A stretch of 64,000 nucleotides of DNA, from positions 1,184,001 to 1,248,000 of the forward strand of contig CAXXYE010000009.1 in NCBI GenBank assembly GCA_963674865.2, in the 5' to 3' direction. Shown piece by piece: positions 57,989-64,000 of the stretch (the first letter of the stretch is position 1; every line of letters begins with the position of its first letter). A model generated the notes under the pieces. That model searched no databases and had not been told where the DNA came from. It worked only from the letters and a program-made list of their open reading frames with translations. This DNA is from Candidatus Hydrogenedentota bacterium (GTDB taxonomy: Bacteria; Hydrogenedentota; Hydrogenedentia; Hydrogenedentales; SLHB01). A program made the translations under genes and the position numbers.

Positions 57989-59038
57989 TCACCTCATTTC
58001 GGCCGGGCGTGGGAGGCCGCACGCGGCGACGCGGAACACGAGCCGGAGGAGCCGGTTGCTGAATCCGCAGAGGCGCGTGACGACAATTGTCGCCTTCACG
58101 GCCCTGCGGGAGATTTTCACTTGTGCCCCCGATGTGAATGCGCGGTTTCTGTTGATTTTCCGCAGCGTCAGGACGGCCATACCAAGCGCCCACAAACAGA
58201 ACTCGCGGATGCCTTGCTCCGACTTGGGGAGAAGCAGCGTGTATTTCAGCGCGTTCTCGAGGTGGCCCCGCGCTGTCCCGATAAGATACGCCAGTCCGGC
58301 CTCGAACCCCCTATCGCCGTTGGTGGCCGGAGAGAGGTCCTTGAGATCATATGCGTCAAACACGTCCTGCGGCAACCAGCAGACATTTTGCTCTTTGTCG
58401 TCCCAGAGGTCTTTGAGGATGTTCGTCATCTGGAGGCCTTGGCCAAAAGAAACCGCGAGTTGCTCGAGGGACGCTCGCCTGGCCTCGATATCCGGTGAAT
58501 AGGCGCAGAAGAGCTCGGTAAGCATCTCCCCAACGACACCCGCCACATGGTAGCAGTAAGCGTCGAGATGGGGCAGGTCCCGGAGGCCGTGTTGGAATAC
58601 TCCTTCCTGAAACTCCTCCATGCCCTTGGACATGATCGTGAGGCAACGCGCCAATGCTGCCTGCTCTCGTGGCGGGAAGCTGTGGGTGACACGGATGACG
58701 CGCGGGGTGTTACGCACCAGGTCGCGTTCCGCTGGTAGTGTGCGCCCCGCCAAGAGAGGCGCCAACTCGCTGCCAAATGCTTCCGAGTCGCCTTCGCCCG
58801 TGGTAGCGGCCACAAACCGTTCGTAGAAGTGGCGCTTCTGCTCGAGCGTTAACGAGTCCGAATCCTCAATGGTATCGGCGATCCGGCATAGGAGATATGC
58901 GTTGCCGACAACATCCCGCAGCTTCTGAGGTAGGCGGGGTATGGTGAGGGCAAAGGTCCGCGACACATCGCGGAGAATGGCCTCCTGGTAGGCGATGTCG
59001 TCGGGTAGGCCCTTTGCGGTCTGTGCGGTAGTCGACAA
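57989..59038 (-). CDS. Squalene/phytoene synthase (FDFT1-like)
   Basis: VSRTF, YLLCRIADTIED, YCYHVAGVVG, GLQMTNILKD, VKISR. Confidence 0.88.
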   Translation of the reverse strand: MSTTAQTAKGLPDDIAYQEAILRDVSRTFALTIPRLPQKLRDVVGNAYLLCRIADTIEDSDSLTLEQKRHFYERFVAATTGEGDSEAFGSELAPLLAGRTLPAERDLVRNTPRVIRVTHSFPPREQAALARCLTIMSKGMEEFQEGVFQHGLRDLPHLDAYCYHVAGVVGEMLTELFCAYSPDIEARRASLEQLAVSFGQGLQMTNILKDLWDDKEQNVCWLPQDVFDAYDLKDLSPATNGDRGFEAGLAYLIGTARGHLENALKYTLLLPKSEQGIREFCLWALGMAVLTLRKINRNRAFTSGAQVKISRRAVKATIVVTRLCGFSNRLLRLVFRVAACGLPRPAEMR

Positions 59039-59243
59039 TGCTCAGTCCAAAACGAAGTGGTATAAGACGTGCGTCACCAAGAGGATGAACGTTATCTAGA
59101 GACTAGTGCTCCGCTCGCCCGCCTGTCAACTCACGTTGACAGGGCTTGCCTCTTGAAGGTTCCGGCCATCAGTTGTGTTTGCGCAATGCGGCCGGGGTGT
59201 GTAACGTGGTGGCCGGGGAAGAACAGCAAGAGGAGATACACCT

Positions 59244-59600
59244 ATGGGCGGTCTATGGTTAGGCGGTTTGGCCATGCAGCAAGGTTCAGCTCAGGGGAGC
59301 AGTGGTGGGCCTGCGGCGGGAACGGCCGGCCTCCAACGGCGCGTGCGGGAACTCGAACACCATATTGGGCGCCTGACCTTGCTGAACCAGGCGTTATGGG
59401 AGGTGCTTCGCGAAAAGGTTGGCCTTACTGACGAGCAATTGCGCGCGAAGATCCACGAGGTAGACTTGCGTGATGGCGTCGAAGACGGGCGGATGACAGA
59501 GACGGGGCTTGTCTGCCCGAGCTGTCGCCGGGTCTCTTCATCCAAACACTGGAAATGCCTGTACTGCGGGCAGGAGTTTGAGAGGCCGGTGATGGGCTAA
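59244..59600 (+). CDS. Small coiled-coil protein with C-terminal zinc ribbon
   Basis: AAGGAGG RBS; DLRDG; CPSC...CLYC. Confidence 0.75.
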   Translation: MGGLWLGGLAMQQGSAQGSSGGPAAGTAGLQRRVRELEHHIGRLTLLNQALWEVLREKVGLTDEQLRAKIHEVDLRDGVEDGRMTETGLVCPSCRRVSSSKHWKCLYCGQEFERPVMG

Positions 59601-59632
59601 GGCGCTCTTGCCCATACGCGGAGGGTGAGCTC

Positions 59633-60124
59633 GTGGCCGTTTCAGAGCGTGATGTGAAGAACGCGATTGCCATCAAACCGCATCATTTCGTCGATATCAT
59701 CACTGCTTTTGGCGCCGGAACGACGGAATTCACACCACATCCCTATGGGCACGCCGTCCATACCGTGGCACGCGCCATTCTAGACGATCGAGACACGATG
59801 CTGGCGATTGAGCTGGGCGCCGACGCCATCTGCGAGCCATGCCTACACAATGTGAATGGGTTGTGCGATGACACCATTGACACATCGTTCAGGCCGGCGG
59901 CGCCCGAGTCTAAGCAGGGATGGAACCTGATGATCGATTGCCGCTGGTGCGAGCGTCTGGGACTCAGGCAGGGAGACTGCCTGACGGTGAGGATGTTGTG
60001 CGGGTTGATCCGGGAACGCGCGGGCGATATCACTGATATCTACCTTGAGATTCCGGCCGAACGCACCGCCGATCGCCAACACAACCTACAAGAGGGACTG
60101 ATGAGGTGTCTGTCGGGTGGCTGA
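59633..60124 (+). CDS. DUF1284-like putative metal-binding protein
   Basis: IKPHH, DAICEPC, further Cys residues. Confidence 0.6.
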   Translation: MAVSERDVKNAIAIKPHHFVDIITAFGAGTTEFTPHPYGHAVHTVARAILDDRDTMLAIELGADAICEPCLHNVNGLCDDTIDTSFRPAAPESKQGWNLMIDCRWCERLGLRQGDCLTVRMLCGLIRERAGDITDIYLEIPAERTADRQHNLQEGLMRCLSGG

Positions 60125-60168
60125 GTTTCCCATCCGCCAGCTATGACGGAAGTAGAGAGGGCTCACTC

Positions 60169-61218
60169 ATGACATCACGGGAGCGGGTGCTGCAAGCCGT
60201 GGACCACAAGAAGACGGACCGCACACCAGCGGATTACGGGGCGCTTCAGGAGGTGACGGGCCGCCTCATCCAACGGTTGGGCGTGGCCGACGAAGAGGAG
60301 CTTCTTCAGGCGCTGGGTGTAGACATCCGGCACATACCATGCAGTTATTACCACCCTGAGACGGGTCCTGACGCCGACGGGTACATGCGCACCATGTGGG
60401 GGGCCAAGCGCAAAAGCAACGAGCCGGGCGACGGCCGCACCGACTACATTTCTCCGTTTGATGAGGAAGCGACGGTTGAGGATGTGCATGCCCACCCATG
60501 GCCGGATCCTGACGCACTGGACTACTCCCAGGTTCGCGGCCTTTGTGAGCGTCATTTCGGCCGGTATGCGACCTGCGGGGCACCGTGGAGTCCGTTCTTC
60601 CACGAGGTGGGGTGGCTGATCGGCCAGGAGAATTTCTTCATCTGGATGGGCACAAAGCCTGACGTCATTCAAGCCATCATCGACCATATGGTGGACTACG
60701 AAGTGCGGGCGACGCGACGCTTTCTTGAGGCAGCCGACGGGATGATCGACATCACCTACTTCGGCAACGACTTCGGGACACAGCGGGGACTCTTCATCTC
60801 GCCCGAAATGTGGCATCGGTTCATGCGGAAGCCCTTGAAGCGGTTTTTTGACGTGTCTCACGAATATGGCTGCAAGGTTATGAAGCACTCGTGCGGCGCC
60901 ATCAGGGATATCATCCCCAGCCTCATTGAGGACGGCGTCGATATTCTGGATCCGGTCCAGGTGGGGGCAGCAGGGATGGGATTGAGCGGCCTTGTTCGCG
61001 ATTTTGGCGATCGGCTTAGCTTCCACGGAGGCGTTGATACGCAGACAACACTCCCACACGGTTCCACAGCGGATGTAAGAGCCGAAGTCCGCTCCTACAT
61101 CGAGCTGACTTTGCCGCGCGGCGGATATGTCCTTTGCGGGAGCCAGTCGTTTATTGAGGACATCCCCACGGACAATATCCTCGCGATGTACGATGAGAAT
61201 ATGAAGGCCAACCGATAG
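60169..61218 (+). CDS. URO-D/cobamide methyltransferase-family protein
   Basis: MTSRER, DRTP, NDFGTQ, MKHSCG, LDPVQ, FHGGVDTQ. Confidence 0.88.
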   Translation: MTSRERVLQAVDHKKTDRTPADYGALQEVTGRLIQRLGVADEEELLQALGVDIRHIPCSYYHPETGPDADGYMRTMWGAKRKSNEPGDGRTDYISPFDEEATVEDVHAHPWPDPDALDYSQVRGLCERHFGRYATCGAPWSPFFHEVGWLIGQENFFIWMGTKPDVIQAIIDHMVDYEVRATRRFLEAADGMIDITYFGNDFGTQRGLFISPEMWHRFMRKPLKRFFDVSHEYGCKVMKHSCGAIRDIIPSLIEDGVDILDPVQVGAAGMGLSGLVRDFGDRLSFHGGVDTQTTLPHGSTADVRAEVRSYIELTLPRGGYVLCGSQSFIEDIPTDNILAMYDENMKANR

Positions 61219-61280
61219 GCAGTGTGCGGGAAGCGGCGAATAGGCGCCGCCATCCTGTGTCATTCAACCGGAGGATCGAA

Positions 61281-62588
61281 ATGCCGTCCATGACAACGCG
61301 TGAGGAGCGCCTCACCTGGTTCCGCGAGGCGAAGTTTGGGATGTTCGTTCATTGGGGCTGTTACTCCGTTCTTGGCCGCGGAGAACAGGTCATGGCGCGG
61401 GATCTGATCCCGCCGGCGGAGTATGACCTCTTGGCGGGGCAATTCCGCCCGGACGCGGATTGGGCGGAGAAGCTTGCGCAGGCGGCGGTGCAAGCGGGCG
61501 CGCGCTACATTGTCCTGACGACCCGCCATCACGACGGCTATTGTCTGTTTGACACCGCGACTCACGACTTCAACGCCGCAAAGACGGGCCCCGGCCGCGA
61601 CCTGGTGGCCGAATACGCAGCGGCGGCGCGGGCCGCCGGACTGAAGGTTGGCTTCTACTATTCGCTCTTGAACTGGCGGTGGCGGTGTCATTGGAGTCCG
61701 GAGGCCCACAAGAACGACCTACCGAACATGGTGGACGAGGTCCATGCGCAGGTACGTGAGTTGATGGCCAATTACGGTGCGGTGGATCTGCTCTGGTACG
61801 ACGGCGCAAGTCTGCCGGGCAGCGCATGTCACGGGATGTGGGGCGGGAAGGCACTTGAGCAGACCCCCGCGGAGTTCTGGCGTTCGCAAGAGCTTAATGC
61901 CATGGCCAGGGAGTTGCAGCCGGAGATCCTGATCAACAATCGCTCGGGCCTTCTGGAGGACTTCGGAACGCCGGAGCAGCGAGTTGTAGCCGAAGAAGCG
62001 CGGCCCTGGGAAGCGTGCATGACGCTGAATTACGCCCCAGGCTGGGGATACCTTAAGCACAGTCTGGCCAACAAGACTTCGGGGGAAGTGCTCTTCAACC
62101 TTGTGGACGCGGTCCGTCTAGGCGGCAACTTCCTCTTCAACGTCGGGCCGAAGCCGGACGGCCTCATCGATGGGCGCGAGACGCGTGTACTGGAGGAGGT
62201 CGGGCGATGGATGGATGTGCACGGCGAGGCCATCTACGGCACGAAGCCAGGGGGGCTTTACGACCTATCGCGGGGGCGTGTGCAAGGGCCCATGTTCCAA
62301 TACGGCATGTGGACCTGTAAGGGCAGCACGGCCTACTTCACGATTCTCTACTATCCAGGCTCCGAACTGATCGTGTCAAAGGTGCAGCCGGGGATAAAGT
62401 CTGCGACGTTGCTTACAACGGGCCAACGCCTCGAAGTGGTGCCCATGGCGAACAGCCGGACTTGTCTGCGCGGTCTTCCTGCCGCTCCACCGGACAATCT
62501 GCCACCGGTGATCAAGGTCGAGTTTGAGGGGCCGCCATGCGCGGTAACAACTCTCAGCGCCGAGTGGCTGGACGGGACATTCAGCTAG
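61281..62588 (+). CDS. Alpha-L-fucosidase (GH29)
   Basis: WFREAKFGMFVHWG, TTRHHDG, LLWYDG, INNR, PWEACMT, LFNVGP. Confidence 0.92.
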   Translation: MPSMTTREERLTWFREAKFGMFVHWGCYSVLGRGEQVMARDLIPPAEYDLLAGQFRPDADWAEKLAQAAVQAGARYIVLTTRHHDGYCLFDTATHDFNAAKTGPGRDLVAEYAAAARAAGLKVGFYYSLLNWRWRCHWSPEAHKNDLPNMVDEVHAQVRELMANYGAVDLLWYDGASLPGSACHGMWGGKALEQTPAEFWRSQELNAMARELQPEILINNRSGLLEDFGTPEQRVVAEEARPWEACMTLNYAPGWGYLKHSLANKTSGEVLFNLVDAVRLGGNFLFNVGPKPDGLIDGRETRVLEEVGRWMDVHGEAIYGTKPGGLYDLSRGRVQGPMFQYGMWTCKGSTAYFTILYYPGSELIVSKVQPGIKSATLLTTGQRLEVVPMANSRTCLRGLPAAPPDNLPPVIKVEFEGPPCAVTTLSAEWLDGTFS

Positions 62589-62604
62589 GCAACCTGCGGG
62601 GCTC

Positions 62605-62633
62605 TTGACGCGTTTGCCTCTACCGTCTACAAT
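62605..62633 (+). promoter_or_regulatory. Putative sigma70 promoter
   Basis: TTGACG-17 nt-TACAAT. Confidence 0.65.
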
Positions 62634-62701
62634 CGCGGCGGAGTTCCTAATAACAGGCGGGGATACGCGTCCCCGAATAAGGGCAGCAGAGGAGGGCCGC
62701 C

Positions 62702-63442
62702 ATGAGTCGTGTCAGTGCGCTGTCCATGGAAACAACTCTTGCTCTCCAAGACAAGGTGATGGAACGGGCCGCGGGGTGCGGCGTTCTCGAGGAAGCGGCG
62801 CAAGGATATATGTCGGTTATCTACGAGGCGCTCCGCGAGTCGGTGGTGTTGGCGAGGCTCTTTGCCACGATTCCCTACCGTGACCTGCCTGAGCCAAACA
62901 AGGAGTTTGTGACAACCCTCGCCTGCTCGGCCGGGATAGCCGACTTGATCGAGGATACAACGTTGGTACTATCGCTCCTGGGAAGCCGGGGAGACAAGCC
63001 CGAATGGAATGACCGGCGCCAATCCAAGGGACACGTAGGCATCCCGCTTGTGTCCTCAGATTTCATCAGCAGAATCCCGATGATGTCTCGACTGTTGAAG
63101 CAATTGGGCGCGGGGCTCGACTGGATTGACGTCAAGGACACGGCACTCGTCGCCAGGACTTTCGAGGATCTCGGCGGCGTGTTCTATGTGCGGGACGCCG
63201 CGTCCGAGCTGGATAGCGAGGGTCGGAAGATCATCGCCGCTCAAGATTTCGTTGATTCGGAAGGGGTCAAGACCGTGTTTGGTATCGGGGGATGTTACAT
63301 GGGTACGTCGATGTTCTTTAGCACCATCGTCTTCCTCCGCGAGGCTATCGACAAGGAGGTAGCGGAGCGGTTCATGCTCCAGGCTTACAAGTTCAAGACG
63401 GCCACACTCGACCTCGTCGACGAAGGTAAATTCTTCGCCTAG
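62702..63442 (+). CDS. Hypothetical protein, possibly GAF-like
   Basis: GAGGAGG RBS; C-terminal FYVRDA...DFVDSEGVKTVFGIGG resembles a GAF core. Confidence 0.6.
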   Translation: MSRVSALSMETTLALQDKVMERAAGCGVLEEAAQGYMSVIYEALRESVVLARLFATIPYRDLPEPNKEFVTTLACSAGIADLIEDTTLVLSLLGSRGDKPEWNDRRQSKGHVGIPLVSSDFISRIPMMSRLLKQLGAGLDWIDVKDTALVARTFEDLGGVFYVRDAASELDSEGRKIIAAQDFVDSEGVKTVFGIGGCYMGTSMFFSTIVFLREAIDKEVAERFMLQAYKFKTATLDLVDEGKFFA

Positions 63443-63558
63443 TTCTTGAGGAAGAGGGCTCGCCCGCGCGGCCCGCGATACCTGACTCGGTAGATGTGTA
63501 GAGTCTCATGAGGCCCTGACGTAGCGTTCTGTGGTTCGCTGCACACGGGAGCAAGAAC

Positions 63559-64000
63559 GTGATTTCTCGTCTACATGAACAAATCGTAAGCCGTCTCCCT
63601 GATGGAGTCACCATCCAGGATACAGATTTCAACATCATGTATCAGAACGATGCTATGAAACATGCCTTTGGTGATTGCGTCGGTTCGAAATGCTATGCCG
63701 CCTACGAGCGCCGGGAGCAGGTGTGCGAAGGCTGCGGCTTGCGCAAAGCCTTTGAAACGGGCAAGGCCAGTATCGTTCACCGGGCCGCGTTTGCGGCGGA
63801 TGGCACAGCTTCCTACTGGGAGAACTCCTGTTTCCCTCTCTTTGATGGCGAGGGGAGCATCATAGCGGGCGTTGAAGTCTACCGAAATGTTACGGATCGC
63901 GTCTCTCTTGCGGAGGAGGTGAAGGATAGGGCCCTCGAACTTGGCGGGGTGAACGATCAATTGGGCCGAGGGACGACGGAACTCGAGAAGGCTTTGGCGG
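63559..64000 (+). CDS. PAS-domain sensor protein, 5' part only (truncated by window end)
   Basis: Own translation from GTG 63559: ..LPDGVTIQDTDFNIMYQN..KCY..VCEGC..PLFDGEG..RNVTDR then coiled coil; open to the window end. Confidence 0.82.
   Translation, partial: MISRLHEQIVSRLPDGVTIQDTDFNIMYQNDAMKHAFGDCVGSKCYAAYERREQVCEGCGLRKAFETGKASIVHRAAFAADGTASYWENSCFPLFDGEGSIIAGVEVYRNVTDRVSLAEEVKDRALELGGVNDQLGRGTTELEKALA

Noticed and set aside
63571..63960. 129-aa minus-strand ORF
   Set aside because: Antisense to a clear PAS-domain frame on the + strand
1..64000. CRISPR arrays, mobile elements, reverse transcriptases, defence systems, tRNA/rRNA
   Set aside because: No repeat-spacer periodicity and no transposase, integrase, RT or structural-RNA signatures seen by eye

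Overview
GC-rich bacterial chromosomal segment, gene-dense, with about 48 CDSs. I recognised no rRNA, tRNA, CRISPR array, transposase or integrase. The gene content (many glycan hydrolases, three URO-D-family paralogues, acidic minor pilins, MCE/PqiC transporter) suggests a diderm polysaccharide-degrading heterotroph, possibly Ca. Hydrogenedentota or PVC-like; this is inference only. In order: orphan GAF histidine kinase, BNR/sialidase-like protein, YegD-like Hsp70, MalK-type ATPase, frameshifted galK, PilV/W/X-like cluster plus HEAT protein, a five-gene glycan-degradation cluster (its GH20 is broken by nine +1 insertions, probably read errors), ppdK, a divergent GT-C/SGNH/URO-D cluster, HAL2-type nucleotidase, creB-creC-[four cre-tag half-sites]-unknown exported protein-creD, an eight-gene operon joining a sigma-less partner-switch module (FHA-GAF-PP2C, RsbW, STAS) to an MlaEF/MCE/PqiC transporter and a Tubby/LURP-like membrane protein, PilZ protein, LysM amidase, Thr-type sulfatase-like enzyme, acidic coiled-coil protein plus a motif-degenerate ftsA with no ftsZ, UDG, squalene synthase, DUF1284/URO-D/GH29, and a GAF-like plus truncated PAS sensor pair. 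Best candidates for something new: (1) a phospho-switched MCE lipid transporter; (2) an orphan divergent FtsA with a coiled-coil partner behind an NrdR-like operator; (3) an expanded Cre regulon.
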